DNA of 64,000 nucleotides from Nymphaea colorata. Lineage: Eukaryota. The stretch is taken from assembly GCF_008831285.2 (NCBI RefSeq), contig NC_045138.2, forward strand, positions 38,130,001 to 38,194,000, written 5' to 3'. Within the stretch, counting starts at the first letter, position 1, and each line of letters opens with the position of its first letter. The translations under genes and the position numbers were made by a program. Positions 1 to 15,092 of this stretch are shown here, in pieces. Under the pieces are notes generated by a model. The model was not told the DNA's origin, made no database searches, and saw only the letters and a list, made by a program, of their open reading frames with translations.

Positions 1-166
1 GAGAGAGAGAGAGACGTTCCTTTCCACGACCGAAGATCTTGTTTTCCATTTTTTTCAGCACGAAAGTTCGCCTCAGCCAGCCGAAGTTCTTTAGTCAAAA
101 CTTCCTTTTGGTTCCTTTTTTTTCTCTCTCTTTTCTTTTCCTGATTTATCTTTTCTCGTGTTGCAG

Positions 167-3100
167 ATGTCAAAAAAATTCAATAAAGAGCAGCTCAAAT
201 TAACTGACAAAACCCCATCTGGTTTGTTTAATGCCATGTTTGGCTTTCATGGCCGTTGGCAAAATGATGCCTTTGCTACAAAGGGACTTGCCTTTGACGG
301 GATTCACTCAGTACTTTACAGTATGGAGTTGGAAGCGGCAGATCTTAAATTACTGGATCACGTAAAGAAAGAAGTTCCATCTACATGGGATCCTGCTGCT
401 TTGGCTAGGTAATCTCATTTCGTTCTTTCTACATATCAATTGAAAGTCCTCGTTGCTAGTTTTCTTAATTAGTATGCACTTTTTACATGATATTCTTATG
501 AAGATGTTCCTTACTGTAAGTATTACCGAGTACGTCTTGGGTGATCTTTCTTTTCTTATGAAGATGTTCCTTAATGTAAGTATTACCTAGTACGTCTTGG
601 ACGATGGTTTTTTATGAAAGGTTTTTCTTCATAAATAAATCAAATTGCTTTGTGTTCGGTTTTCATGGACTGCGTTAAACTTTTGCCAATTCTAATAGCC
701 AAAAGAATCCATAAATACTAGGAAGCATATCTGACATAAATTAGACCTTTTAATGAATATTAAGGTTGTGAATCTTATGATACTCCACTGGAAAGGCTTC
801 TCGGGAGATATAAAGACCAATCGATTCTTTTTCCCTCCATCTTTTCTTTTCCAAATCAGATTTTGTTTTGGGTGACGAGACTGTATATAGCACGTTATGG
901 TACCTTAAGTAGCAAATTGGAACTAAACTCCGCTTTCAAGTTCTATATGTTTTTCCAAAGATGGAGCGGGTATCTGGGTCTGATACTTAACTTGTACAAA
1001 GGAATAATTAAATTAAAATTTAAGCAGAATAAGAAATCAGCTAATAATAACAGGGCTTTGAGCCATGTAAGGAGGGATAACATGAACCTTATCTTGGTTA
1101 GATATAGAATCTTTGAACGGTTAAACCTACCTATTATTACTTTTTCTCACTTCATTTGTTTACCTGCCATCTTAGTTATTTAATTTGTTTTTAGTTGGTT
1201 TCTTGTTTTTTCTAAATTTAGTTTGTCTCTGGTGTTCCCATCTTTAAGATCGTAATTCCTGCCATGCTCATGAGTTTACATGTTAAAGATTGTTTAAAGA
1301 AATTTTAGCTTAAATATAGCCAGTTTTTAAATTCTCTATTTCACGTAAACAAGATGTGTCGGCAGAGAAGTTTTCTTCTTCTTCTTCTTCTTCTTCTTCT
1401 TCTTCTTTTTTTTTTTTTGATTAAAGGATGCTTATGGCTAATCTCTTTGATCGATGCGTATAAGGCAACTTGATTTATTTTAATTTCTTGCCTCATCAGG
1501 TTTATAGAGAAATATGGGACTCATATTATAGTAGGTGTAAAAATGGGAGGTAAAGATGTTATTCATGTCAAGCAACAGTCCTGTTCATCCCTTCAGCCAG
1601 GTCATGTGCAAGAGCTATTGAAGAGGCTAGCTGATGATAGATTCTCATATGCTGATACTATCTCATCTGTAAACCAACAGGACCTGTCTTCAAGGATAGA
1701 GGTAGGTCTGGTCTAAGATTTTATTGTGAACCTCATATTTCTGCATTAACTTGATACAGAAGGCACCGTTCACTTGTCGAATTTGCAATAATGAAATGAT
1801 CTACTAATCTCCAATCCTGAGTGCTTCATCCTTGTTTTCTAATGCGACAAGCTGTAATTAGTGTTGTCATCAGGCTTCATCTTGGAAGCTTAACAGGTTA
1901 TGATTTTCATGCTAGTTTCTCTGACTGGACGAGGATATCTATTGCTTTCTTGGATTATCTATCTTTGTTTTGGAGACGTCTTCTTTAAATTTATTACAAT
2001 TCAGTATTATTTCAAAGTTTTTTTTTGTAAAAAAGTAACATGTTTTAAAGGAAAAACAAGGGAAAAGTTTCACATAAAACAGTGGAATATGCCAAGGAAG
2101 TCCTTTCAAAAGAAAGCATTTATAAAGTAAAATACTATGCCCCATGAATTTATAAAAGCTTGGAAAATTTTAACCTTGACAAGGAAACTTCACATATTCA
2201 CGTTATTTTTATTTCTACATCCTTTTCTACATCCTTTTCATGTGCTTTTATATCTGTTTGATCATCAAAATCTCATCAACAGTTTGCAGAATTGAACAAA
2301 CTGATCAATTTTGTGATTCTATTTTTTATGCCAGGAACCGCAAGCCAGACCAGTCTGTAGACGCCGTGTATCATTTTCATTTGCACTTAAAACGATATCT
2401 CAGTCTGAGGTACTTAACTTTCTATCTGATCGACTATTTTGGCAGAAAACTTATTGATAATGACTACGGGTCTTGTGTCTAACAATGTCATGCAGCATGT
2501 TGTTAGCATATGTATTAGAAAAGGAGGTATAGATACTGGCCAAGGACACAACGAATGGTTGGCTACAATTCCACGCGCTCCAGATGTAATTTCAATGTCC
2601 TTTGTGCCTATAACTTCTCTTTTGAAAGGATTGCCTGGAAGTGAATTTTTAGGCGAGGCAATAAGGCTCTATTTAATACGTAAGTGATTAATCTTCTACT
2701 TGTTGAAGTTTCTTGCTGGTTTTACCACAATCTGTAATCACTTATATTCACTAATTACATGCGGAAACAAAATTTTTCTAGTGTCTAATTTCTTTAAAAA
2801 CCTGAGTTTTCTTTACTCCAAGAAATGCCTTGATTTCTGTTGATTGGTAGCCTATCTTTTTAATGAGACAGTAACCTTTACTTTATTGTTCCTAATATTT
2901 CCAAGATAAGCCACAGCTAAATTGGTCCTGACAGTTGAATAAGCCAAGAGAACCTGTGAATTCACTTCAATCTGGTCTTATGTAATTTCAGATAAGCCAG
3001 CAAAAGGGGAGCTCCACAACTTTTTTGAATATCAGCATCAGAGGCAATGGATTCCCGCACCAGATGACAGTAAACAGCCTTGTCCTATAAAGCTTCAATT

Positions 3101-4190
3101 CACAATGTTGGGCCCAAAGCTCAATGTGAACACAAGACCTGTAAGTACTTGTTCTAGCCTAGACATTCTGTCAGATGCTTTATAAGAAGCTTTCATAGTT
3201 TGCTGCACACGTGTGCTTCTTCATGTAGCCTATAGCTGCTTATGCAAGAAATTTGTGAAAGCAAGTATAGTCAATCTTACAGTTCTGGACTGCTTCGATC
3301 ATAGCCTTGTCCAGTTTATTGGAAAAGGAATTTGTTCTATTCTTCACTGAACTGTTCTATTCTTCACTGAACTCCTATCTGTACTTGACACTGGAACAGA
3401 TTATGGAAAAGTTGTTTTCCAAGCAAAACAATTAGTGTTGTTGATGTGTTTATGATTGTTGTTTGTTTGCAGCTAATCAATATGAAATCATTACTTACAG
3501 GTTGACTCTGGAAAGAAACCTGTAACAGGAATCCGTCTGTTCCTAGAAGGAGATGTTATTGAAGAGAAGCTCACCATCCATATCCAACACCTCTCCTCAC
3601 TACCTGCGTTCCTGATCCTCTCCAATGAGCTTGCCTATGGATCTGGTATTGTTAACGACAAGCGCCAGATTAAGCCTCTGAGCTGGAGACACTGTTCACA
3701 TGTATGTATTGCACCCGTTGAGTGCACTCTGGCTATGACTGACAAATCGGCCTGGATAGTAACACGCGCAAACTTGGAGGTGCAGAAAATTCAAAAGAAG
3801 AAGGTGCTCTTCCTTAAGCTTGGCTTTTCACTCGTGGAGAATGCTAAGGTTCAGCGGTCCGAATGGGGTAGAGCATCAACTCCAACTAATAAATCAGGTA
3901 CATTTTCCAGAGGGTTAAGCAAGCGCATTGGAATCAGTCAGGCACCAGTAGCAGCAGAAGAGTTGGACTTGATTTCAGAAGCCCTTCCTAGTAGTTTAGC
4001 ACCCCGTGCAGGAGGACCAAGGACACCAAAGACACTGAAGTATGTGGACACAAGAGAAGTAGCAAGAGGGCCAGATCATTTTCCGGGATATTGGGTGGTG
4101 ACAGGAGCGAAGTTATGTGCAGAAGATGGTAAGATGTCACTGCGGGTGAAGTACTCTCTGCTAACTACGTCTGATGATGAAGATGCATAA
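167..4190 (+). CDS. MACPF (membrane attack complex/perforin) domain protein, CAD1/NSL1-like family; 5'-partial, 6 exons in window
   Basis: Exons with GT-AG boundaries and consistent phase: 167-408, 1500-1701, 2335-2409, 2496-2679, 2992-3140, 3501-4190 (stop). The spliced protein has the MACPF signature FIEKYGTHIIVGVKMGGKD, plus PDVISMSFVPITSLL, KPVTGIRLFLEG and C-terminal PGYWVVTGAKL...LRVKYSLL typical of plant MACPF proteins. Confidence 0.92.
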
Positions 4191-4957
4191 CCAGAGATAG
4201 CGGATGGAAAAAATAAAAAAGGCCACCAAATGATTTTACAATGTTTTGAATGATGTGGATCGTGGACATTTGAATCTGTTAGTGTGAGGCCTTTTCCTGT
4301 AAATAATGCTTTGTTGTTTGAGGTGACTGCAGTGTATTCTGTAAAAATGGTTCCGCTTATGCGGGCATGACTTTTTGTGAGACGTTCATAGAACTCTGAA
4401 GAGGTTGTACATGTTTGGCAAATAGCCGGTTTTCCCATTGGTTTAGAGTGCATAATTAGTTTGTTTCCATCTGTTATATTCGAGTAATCGGAGACTGCTC
4501 AATCTGTCTAGAAACTCATTCAAGATTTAGGTACACAAACTGTAAAACCATCTGAAAATTTATACATGAGAATATCTTTCACAGTAAGAAAATCCTGCAA
4601 TAAACTTGACACAAACTAGAATGCAAAACCATCTACTTTTTCATATGTAATTACATTAAGATGTCTTTCAGGATCAAATATTCATCAAATTCAGTAAGAA
4701 AATCCTGCAGCGAAACCGATTTGAGTAGTTGAATTTGTAGACCGATGGGTATGGATCGTCTCCCAACTGTCTTTAACTCCTTACCGACTAGAGAAAATGG
4801 GGGAGAAGTTTGGAGCGCCAAACCGGGTCCCCTGAATTGGACTCAAATCCAACCCATTAACGCGGAAACGTCCTAAACCTCGCATAAATCACAGTGGAGA
4901 GAGAAAGCGAGGGGAGGAGAGGGGAAGAAGAAGAAAGCACAAGAAGAAGAAGAAGAA

Positions 4958-5737
4958 ATGGAAGATGTGATAACGGATTTCCCTCCGCCTTCCCGTCTCT
5001 TCTTCGATGACCTCAACAACTTCTCCTCGCTTCCTCAACCCCTCCCTTCCCCCTTCCTCCTCCTCTCCAACCCTAACCCTAATGCCGAGCCCTCCTCGCC
5101 GTTGGAACCCTCCTTGCTGATCGTCGCCGTCTCTCGCCCGTCCACCTTCCTCCTCCACCACCTCCGCGGAAGAGCCCTCGTCGGAACCCTGGTTCTCCCC
5201 GAATTTTCCGTTGCCGCGAACTCTCTCGACTCCTCCTCCCTGGACAACAACTCCGCCCACCTCTACGCCCTCGACACCGCTCCCGGCGTGCTTCTCGCGC
5301 TGATTCAGTATCAGATCCCTCCGGAGAGGTCTTCAGCGGTCGCGAAGGTCGTCTTCGAGAAGATTCGACCGAAGAGAGTATTGATTCTGTCGTCGATTCA
5401 GAGTATGAACTTCAGAGGTAAGATCTATAACGACGAGCGCTTCGCATTTAAGCTCGAAACCCTAGAGCAGAGACTCGACCCAGAGGGTCCTTTGGTGAGA
5501 GAATTGAGTTACTTTCCGTCTGGTAGTTTAATCGAAGGAATCGCGGCTTCGTTGTTGGCTGCCTGTCAGGTTCGGAAGATTAAGGGGACATTGGTAGTGT
5601 CTTGGCCGGAGTCGCAGGTTTCTGTGGTTCTGTTAAGGTCTGTCCTGAGGAACATAGTGGGTGGTCTGGATTTTAGTCCCAGTTTGGAGACATCTCCGTT
5701 TAAAGATGTTCTTGCTGAGTCTGAAATGTACATATGA
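4958..5737 (+). CDS. Intronless 259-aa protein, probable proteasome assembly chaperone (PAC1/PSMG1-like)
   Basis: Single ORF after a GA-rich 5'UTR. N-terminus MEDVITDFPPPSRLFFDDLNNF, motif YFPSGSLIEGIAASLL and a hydrophobic-Tyr-X C-terminus (EMYI, HbYX-type) as in proteasome chaperones. Family call from recognition only. Confidence 0.7.
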   Translation: MEDVITDFPPPSRLFFDDLNNFSSLPQPLPSPFLLLSNPNPNAEPSSPLEPSLLIVAVSRPSTFLLHHLRGRALVGTLVLPEFSVAANSLDSSSLDNNSAHLYALDTAPGVLLALIQYQIPPERSSAVAKVVFEKIRPKRVLILSSIQSMNFRGKIYNDERFAFKLETLEQRLDPEGPLVRELSYFPSGSLIEGIAASLLAACQVRKIKGTLVVSWPESQVSVVLLRSVLRNIVGGLDFSPSLETSPFKDVLAESEMYI

Positions 5738-8113
5738 TCTTACTTGTCTTCCAATTTATTGGTTATGTTGTGAGTTCATACATTTACATGAAGCAGATTT
5801 TCTACGAGTTCTAGGCTTTTTGCACAAATTGGTTTTGAGAGATGGGAAAAAGACTTAGCTGGTTGGTTTTGTTCTTTGTGGAGGACTGGTCTGGATTATG
5901 AAATACTTCTAAAACAACTGGAGTTCTAACGTTTTTTGTTTACACAGTTCATTCCTCATGGGTTTGTGTGGCACTTGGAGATTGAAAGAGAGAATTTCTG
6001 AAGTTTATGAATGTCTGAGCTGACAGGAATTTAGCAAGTAGATACATGCGCTTCCTGATTTCAACCCCAAATTTCTTGGATTCTGCTTACCTCCATCCCA
6101 GTATATAAGCTAACAATGATTCAGTAGTTAACTGCTCTTTCATCTGCGGGCAAGCAAATTTACCAATATCTTACATTCAAGGATGGTTGGGTTGGGCTAG
6201 GTTCCTAAATGTGGGAATGCACCCCCTTTGATTTACTGGACCGTAAGTTTCAATTTAGGGCCCTATTTACCTGTTAAACTGCATGCTTCATACTTGTTAT
6301 CGTACAGATCATACCTGCAACATTTCCATCTGTTTTTAGCTTCAGAGGTTTAGACATATCACGTACTTGGGAAGGATGCATTTTACTTCCTGCATTTGTT
6401 ATAAATGACTTAGCTAGTTTATGTTTGGGAAAAGCTCTCCCGGTCTGGTAGTAAACTTGGAGGAAGTTGAATTTAGGAGGAACTGATCGAGAGATAGAAA
6501 ACTTATTATAGGCAATCAGAAACGACAAAAGCAGGAACATAGGGCATCAACCTTGATGCGATTCTGCTATGTTAGAAAACTTATCCTATATTTCTGTCGT
6601 ATGTTCAAGTAAAATTGGGTCGCCACCACCTTCATTTTTGGAATGCATGTCCGTTGTCTTGTACAGTGGCAGTTTATAGCTAGATGTTTAACAAGCTAAA
6701 TAAAGTCATTTGAATATCTTCTTTTGGCTCCAGATCTTGTGTTATTGCTTAGGTGTTGAGGCTGGGGTTCAATGCTTAGGCGTGCTTTAACATATAGTAC
6801 ACCTTTTTTCATAAAATTAACAGTGCGTATTAGTCTTTGTGTTGAGAAAAAAGGAATTGATTGAGATCCTTTTTCCAAATGCACAACATTTTACAAGAGG
6901 CTAAGGCCTCTAGTCTATGACTTTTGGGTCGATTCTTGGGCTTGTACAAATAAATATCTCACAGGCACACATGTATCTATTGTGCATAATGCATGGTGCA
7001 TATTAGTCTCACAAAGGGGTTGGTGGAGTCTGTAGAATTGTAGTCTATGTAATATCTGTACGCCTATTCGGTGGGAAGCTTGGAAAGCACTACACAAATA
7101 ACACGGACACATTGGAGAACGAGATATTGGGGAATTACTATACACTATGAGACTTATTTCGACCCCAAACTAACAAAGTTGTTCAATGAAGGCCAATAAT
7201 TTGACGGTCTCAGCTGCGAAGGACTTGGAAAAGCTTCTAAATATTTTGATCTGGGTCTGAAAATGTTGAGGGGTATTGGAAAGAAACTCTGTTCATTCCC
7301 TCCTATCTCGGCAACGACCACAAACTTTAGACGATGTTTCCGAAGGAAATTGTCTTCATCTTATATGGTTCGTACTGCTCCGGTATGTCATTAGCCAAAT
7401 ACAAGTGTCATTGCCCGATTCTGTATTCAAACAGAAGACCTCATGTCCTGAACCTATTCTCCAGGTTCAACACTCAAGCTGTACCGCTTTTCTTGATTGT
7501 CGCTTGGGTTGGACTTGTTGGGTTTGAATGAAAACCTTGAATTTCTTTCTCAGGATTAACACGCCTGAAAAAAATCATCTGTCTAACAAACAGGCAGAGG
7601 GATATGAAGTCTATGAAAGCCTCCAGCCCGCCCATCACTTTCTTCCAATTGAATGTATGGTGCCAGATAGATTATTTCTGATGGTGTGTCTGGCGGAGCA
7701 GTCTCCGAACCATTTTGAAATGGTTTCTCACGCCTGTGACGGATTGTAATTAAATGCCGTATATTAGATTTCATCTACTGAATGATTTAGGTATGGCTTC
7801 TCGCGTGGCTTGGGACCTGTGATCGCATTTCTTGCGTTCGAGGAAACTTGGGCTTGCTGCTTTCTGTTTGCCCTTCGAACTTGCATCTCAAAGGGGCAAG
7901 GGCCATGGCATCCCAATCCTTTCTATAATTTATAAATTCTTTTAGTTTAGATGGTTACCAAATGGTTAATTTATCGTTAAAAATACTGTAAGCCGTTGCT
8001 AAAAAAAATACCATAAACTTTTGCTGCTGTACAGAATATCACATATATTCTTATAGCAATCATTTTAAGCAACATAGTTTAACTTTTTGCCACCCAGCAT
8101 ATCACACACACAC

Positions 8114-8166
<53 letters not shown>

Positions 8167-8269
8167 GGGACCAACACAGAAAGGTTCTCTCGCCCAACCA
8201 TATTTGGGCATCCCACTTAGCAAGTTAACACGTGTAAATATGATTTGATCAATTGAACAGTTTCAAAAA

Positions 8270-8580
8270 AATTAGATATGAATAAAAATTTAATATCCAA
8301 TTAAGAAATCGGATTGGATTTGGATTTAAGAAACGATGTTCGATTGAATTCGGATTCAGATTTAGACTAGATTGAATTTTAAATGAATGTACGGTATCCA
8401 ATGCTTTTGCATTTTAAAAATCGGTCAAATTCGGATTTAGATTCAAATTGTAAAATCATGTTTTGGAATCAGATATGATTTTTTTGGTTTCTATTTTGAA
8501 TCTGAATTTGAATCTAATGTAAATATATGACTGTACGAAAAAACAGATCCAGATTTAAGCCCGATCAGTTGACGTCCCTA
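8270..8580. mobile_element. Degenerate non-autonomous DNA transposon remnant
   Basis: Dense (C)GGATTT/TCGGAT subterminal-like motifs ending in GTTGACGTCCCTA. Similar motif-rich tracts at about 14100-14280 and 18810-19180. No matching left TIR or TSD found. Confidence 0.4.
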
Positions 8581-9496
8581 CACGGATGATGATGACTTGC
8601 GATTTTATGTACTACTTTGGTGTCCGTCATTCAATACTGATGGGCACGGCAAAAGAGAGGCATGTTTGATTGGACAACCGGTTCTGGAGAGAACGCCTGT
8701 TTCTAGAACACGGTGCTTCGTTCCAGGCGTTCCATGGTGGAACGTGTGCCACAGAAATACTTTCGTGTACTTTTTAGCATTCGATAGAACACGGACCCAC
8801 GATAACGCTGGCGTTACAGGAATGTCAGCCAGAACAGCGTCTGAGGGGTGTAAATCTTGGGTCAGATCCGGTCATTTTTGGGCAGAACAGTTCACATATA
8901 AAATATTTAGCTGTCTGTTCCCTTGTCTGCATTCCGTGGGCAGGCACCTAAATGCGAACTGCCCAAGCAGCCAAAACTACTAGCATTTATGATCAAAGTA
9001 AAAATTGCAAAAAGTGTCAGGGACACGCTTAATGAAAAATACAAACAATTCACACTAGAAGTAAAAAAAAAGAAAAGAAAAAAAAAATCTCTGGAAACTT
9101 GAGTTTTGAACGATGACGACCGATCATTGTTTAACATTTCTTTTCAGAAGAAAATGGCGCAGTTCGTCAGTGTGGTCGAACGATTGGGGCACAGAGATTG
9201 ATTCCACCACCAGCGATCAACCCCAGTGGAGATTTTGGTTTCCGATCACTAATCCATGAAAGGAGAGAATCTTTCTTCGCTCTGCAGAGGCAGTTCTTGC
9301 ACTTTGACCAAATATGGAGTCACTTATACAACAGGGATGAGGTAGCTGCTAGTTTCGGGCTGGACAACAGAATCTGCTAAGTTATGAAGAAAACCGTCAA
9401 AACCATTTTTGACAAAGAGATTCATAGCATATCTACCAATAAATAGCATTGGGTAGCAGTGATTAAATGGAGTTGAAGATCTTCACGTATGATTTG

Positions 9497-9564
<68 letters not shown>

Positions 9565-11646
9565 AAGAGTAAATACTGTTATGTGTCAGTTGCCACATTA
9601 ATTTTGTCATTAAAAGCACCTTAAGTCATGGTTAAAGACACTATGAATTGTTAGTTTGTTACCACTCATAAACGGTCATTAACGCTATGTAACAGTTGTT
9701 TTTGTTAGAATTTGGATCCCACGAAATCTGCACTAAGTCTGGTCTCTCCATGCCATGCCAACCAATAAAACTGAGGAGAAGAACAAAGACGGTGCATCAC
9801 AGGCAACTACAACAAATCTCCAGCAAGATTGTCGCATAGGTCAAGGACATAAAAAGGGAGATAAAGGTGCTAAAAAAAATTAAAGATGACGCCCACCTAA
9901 GCATGCGTAGATCTGATTATAGATATAAACGCACTTAAACATATGTATTAAATCCCTACCACACTAGCGGAGCCATAAATTTTGGCTGGAGGGGGCATTA
10001 ATTCAATAACTTTAATGCTTTTAAGAGCAGTTATATATGTAAACAATCAAATGTATCAAATTATTAATGTAAAAATAAAGTAAGACAACTGCCCACACCA
10101 GCCACCATGTGGTCGGATCTTGGATGCAGTAGAACTACTTATCCGAACCATGTTAGTTCATGGTGTGTTTCCTTTCAGTTTTTTAGTAGCAGGATTTTTA
10201 TTTTCAGCCATTCTGCATACAATAGCATATATATATATATATATATGTATGTAAAAGATGTTGGGATGAGAGAGAAAGGGAGAGATACTATTCAATTTAT
10301 GTCAGCTCTTGCTTAGTTGTTCAGTTGGCCAGCCTTGTCGGCAGCTGAGTGCATGTTAGACGTTAAGGCTGTCAGTGAGATTGCAGACAAAGCTGTGTTT
10401 TGTGAGAGAAACCCTGAACGGAAGTAGGTGGACCAAGAAAGTCTCATCAGTCGTCTTCTACTACAGTACAGTCCAAGCCAAGCGTGTTTGTATCCAAATC
10501 TGCAAACTGGTCTGTTTCCATTTGAAACATGCGCTGCAACTTAGGAGTTTCTGCAAGAATATATGCCTGGCTGTCCAAGTTGTTCTGTTGTGGGTTGGGA
10601 TCAGCTTGGCTGTATTATTTAGTTGAATGAGTGAAGTGAACTTCAAGTTCAGTTCAAGCTGTATCACAAAGGAAACGATGTTTGGATTGGATGGCAATCT
10701 TCTGGGAATTGAACAGGAGCAGTTTGCAAACAATTATATAGATACGAGACTATTTCTGGATTTAATCCTTATCGTTCTGTATCTTATGTACCACTTAATG
10801 TGTACTCTTAGCATTCTTTTTCGTCAAGTTAATGTACTTAGCTTATACACCTTTCTGTTTGTATTGTTTTAGTAGAACATGTGTACAAGGAAAAAATCTC
10901 AACCAATCATGTAACCCATCTATTTGAGATTAATAATGGGCCTCATTGAATAGAGAAGAATATATACTTCCAGTATATGCTTTCACCTGCCAATAGACTT
11001 CCAAACTCTAGATTGGCGATGGTTGATAAGCTTCATACTGGAAGTGGGGACTCAGATGATCCCCTCATGCCCCATCCTTGCCTCTTATCGTCACGCTCTT
11101 TGTTGAATGAAATTTGTTCGTAAGGATGGAGCTATAACAGTTCATTCCACATTCAACAATGAATCTTCACATTCAAAAAATTAGGGCAGATTCATATAAT
11201 ACCTTTAAAAGTATTATGTGAATCTCACTCAATTTTAGGATAGATTCATGAAATAGCTACAAACTGTTACATTTGCCGCCGAACGGGCCATAAGGGTTCA
11301 AATGGCCCCAATTGGTCCACCTTTAGGTCCAGACCTAACTGCTTTTGGGTCCTATGGAGAAGGCAGCTTCTAGCAATCTAAAGGCCCCATTAAGCAGACA
11401 AGTTTTGCTTGGTCCACTAACTGACCCGGATCCAAATCACCTTCATCTTTACTATGAAGGGTGATCAATGCAAACAATTAATATGTCCCCTCACAGAAGT
11501 TGGCCAGCTACCTCTCCTTCCTTCATTCCATTCATTCATTCATTCATTTGTTCTACGGTTCTTCTTTTGTGTGGATCATTTGTCTGTCAAGATGTAAAGA
11601 CAGGCCCAGACGAAGCATCACCGGTTCTGATGAAGCAGAATCCATG

Positions 11647-11851
11647 CAGGGGCGGAGCCAGAAATTTTTCATAAGGCAAGCCAAATTAAAGTTTCTAAAT
11701 TTTGAATAGAGCCGAAATATCATTTTTTCAAAATTTTTATATAGAACAAGTGAATTTTTTTCCAAATTTCACTTTTTTAAAATTTACATATAATTTTTTT
11801 TTTTGAGGTGGGGCTAGAGCCCAAGCTGGTCCTACCGTGGCTCCACCCCTG
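11647..11851. mobile_element. 205-bp hAT-type MITE
   Basis: TIRs CAGGGGCGGAGCCA / TGGCTCCACCCCTG, perfect 8-bp TSD AATCCATG at 11639-11646 and 11852-11859, AT-rich interior. Confidence 0.9.
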
Positions 11852-14800
11852 AATCCATGTCCAAACATGTCAAGCCATTTTGCCAGCCACAAAGATTCAG
11901 TTCAAGTGAGAGGCAGGCTGTTGACAACTGAAGATCTGTGATGGATGATGGTCTCAACAAATAAAAGCAGAACGTTACAATATTAGCCACAGTAAAGATG
12001 TGCCCAAATTTACTCCATCTGCACGCTGCATTTAATACTGTTCATGGCGGTGTCTGCGCATCGGTCGCGTTCATTGCCTTATTAATAAGATTCAACATCT
12101 GAAAGTTAGGTGAAGACGGGAAAAGCCAGAAGCTATATATGAGCTTTGAGTTTATCTTAAGAAATCACAGTCAGTAGTCACATGGTCTTGGTGAGCTCAA
12201 TTCGCCTAGTGGGTCAGTCCCAGGCTTGATATAGAAGTGAACCATGGTCATGAGCATGGGCTGCACAGATCGACCGTGTGGGTTCCGTCGTAAGAGACGA
12301 CGCCGGATTCACACAGTTCACCTATGGTTGGGTCATATATGCCGGATTCCGGCACTTTTCGAGCTCCAAATTAAGGCAGAGATTAAGTTAATTAATTAAC
12401 ATCATGATCTTATAAGAGGGAACTTTTTAAACATTTGTCACACATGGGCAGGCACAGATGGAATAGTGGGACAAGAAAATTCATGTACAGACATCATTTC
12501 AGAGGATCGAGATGACCATTTTTTTTTCCATTAAAAACACCAACATGTCTTCTTAGCTTGTAAAGCAAAGTCTAAACAAAGACTCGATCAGAAAGATCTT
12601 AGTTTGCCTTGTTGACCTAAAAATAGCTGTAGATAAATGTGGAAGTGAGCAGTTCCGAGCGAGGATGAAGGAATTATTCCAACTAGAATAGTAAGCTAGG
12701 GATATTTGGGTAGGGAACCAAATGGGGAGGGTTGGTTCGGAGCATTATGATAGGCGATCAACTTGTTCCAGGACACAATAAAGGATGCCAATAAATGTTG
12801 AACATTTGGGAAGCAGTCTTGTTCTTTTGCTTGGTGAATGAATCCATCTGTGCCAGGTTTGCACACCAACCACATTTAAACGAGTCACCTTCCCATGTTG
12901 GCATGTTCATCTCATTCATACAATATAAAATGAAAAGCTCTAATCGCTGGCCCTTCACATCCAGTGTACTTAATTAATCAAGCGTTTGATTAATCAAGAG
13001 TTGCGGATTTTGGACGGGAAGGGAAATATTTTCCAGGGTCGCACCAAGTACCATCTTGTCATATCAGAAGGAAAAGTAATTGCATCGCCTTCAATGTGCC
13101 CCCCAAGTGCAGTACGGTTCCAGTTTGCCTTCAAAAGCAGCAAACTAGAAGAAACTCTGGGTTGAAGGAGAGGGGAACTCATGACTATTTATTACTCACT
13201 TATTTTCAGGTCTGTTGCTTGCATTGGTGGAAAAATGTTGGACTCTCCTCCGAATTAAAAAAGATTCATAGAAAGCTGTCTTTGGAAAATTGAATGGCTA
13301 ACAAAAAAAACATTAGATTGAAGTAGGACAAACATTTTTATCATCTAATATTACTTAACACTTTTTTCAAGTTGTTCTTCTCTTAACTTTCATTTCATTC
13401 AGACCAGTGACTTTGGAAAGACAGAGTCATCATTCACCGACTCTCGAGCCTATTATAAACTGGAATTGATTATGTTATTAACGTCATGTTAGATATATTA
13501 TATTTTGTTAAGATCGTTAAATTTAAATGAATAATCAAACGTTATTGTAGCGGGGAAGAGAATATTTTTTAAAAGAAAATTGATGAAACCGAAGCCTTTT
13601 TTTTTTTTTTTTCAGTCAGAAGGGAATTACTTGTTGCCGGAGGGGTTTTGGTGGCAATTTTTTTTTCTTGTCAAAAAATATCTTTAAGAAGCATCCTTCT
13701 TATAACCAAACGAAAAGGCAAATTTGAAAATGTCGAAAAGTTTACAATTTATAGGAACCTTATCTACATATCCAAACTAATCGAAATATGATTTTCTAAT
13801 TTATGGAGCACCAGTTAGAAAATAGAGAAAAAAAATAAAGAAATTAAATTTTGGAATGCAATAACACACAAAATTTGTGCAATTAAGCAACCCATCTTGG
13901 TCCCGCTACCTCGTGGGCATGTTTTTTAAGCATTGCCGGCCAACATTTGAGCTTATTCATCAATACATCACAAGATTCAATAACGAGGCAGAAAAATCAG
14001 GCACAACTAATGAATAAACTAATACCTTGAAAATGACCCAAAGAATCATACTCGAATCAATTTAAGATACGAAGTAGAGAGTGGTTCACTTTCTATGAGC
14101 TATGGTCATAGAAATATCGAATATTATTCTATCTTTGAATTTGAATAAGATGTGGACTTGGAACTCCCCCAATTCCTTACCAACTGAATCAGATACAGAC
14201 TCCAATGGATTTTCAAATCCAATTACATAATAAAGCTCCAAATTCGTGTTTCTTTCACCATATCCAAATCTAATCTTGACCGTCTCCAATTACCTAGTAA
14301 ACGATCAACCGGATTGTGGTAATTGCTAAACTGGATCCAATCGAAATCCCCTGTCTGCGTGTTCCAAACACTCATGTGAAGGACCTAGGTGGTAGTATCT
14401 ATGGCTTTTGGACATTAGATCACCACGTTCTTAGTTCTATTCGTTGACTTCTAGCTTATATATATATATATATATGCACCACTCTAAAGCAGCTTTGAAA
14501 AGTAAATACTGGTACGAGGCGATGAAGGCGCCTTAATTCAAGGGGGAGGACAGAAGACACATGACATGATTCCTCAACTGCCCCCACGACTGCCCCTCCC
14601 CCTGCCTTATTTGATTAAGAGGCAGGGATTTGTACAGGCGACGCAAACCTAACCCCCGCAGGCCTTGTATCACAGGATGCATCCCTTCTTTTCTTTCACG
14701 CGTTTGCATGTTGAGGTCAACGAAGGTAGGAATGGTTAACTTCCACTTCTCTTCCTCATGCTTAGTTGGGATCCATGTCTTGAGTGCAGTCAATCATCCT

Positions 14801-15024
14801 TGAGTTGATCTACAGTATGTTCTTGCACCAACTCCTGGAATCCACAGCTAAAAGTTTTATCATAAAAGGCGTGGGAGTGGAGTAATCTTCTGCTATCTTT
14901 GATTTCTGATGCTTTTCGGCTCAATCACATGGCAACCTTCCATTCCATGTGGACCCGTAACAGGCGCTCGATTCTTTCTCCCAATCTGCTTAAAATCTGG
15001 CAGAAGAAATGGATAGAGATAAGC

Positions 15025-15092
<68 letters not shown>

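Noticed and set aside
493..600. 48-bp direct repeat with 60-bp period in a MACPF intron
   Set aside because: Real but an ordinary local duplication with no sign of function.
6940..7175. Possible solo LTR or TRIM remnant (also about 12180-12400 and 15200-15900)
   Set aside because: No paired LTR, PBS/PPT, TSD or coding remnant that I could confirm.
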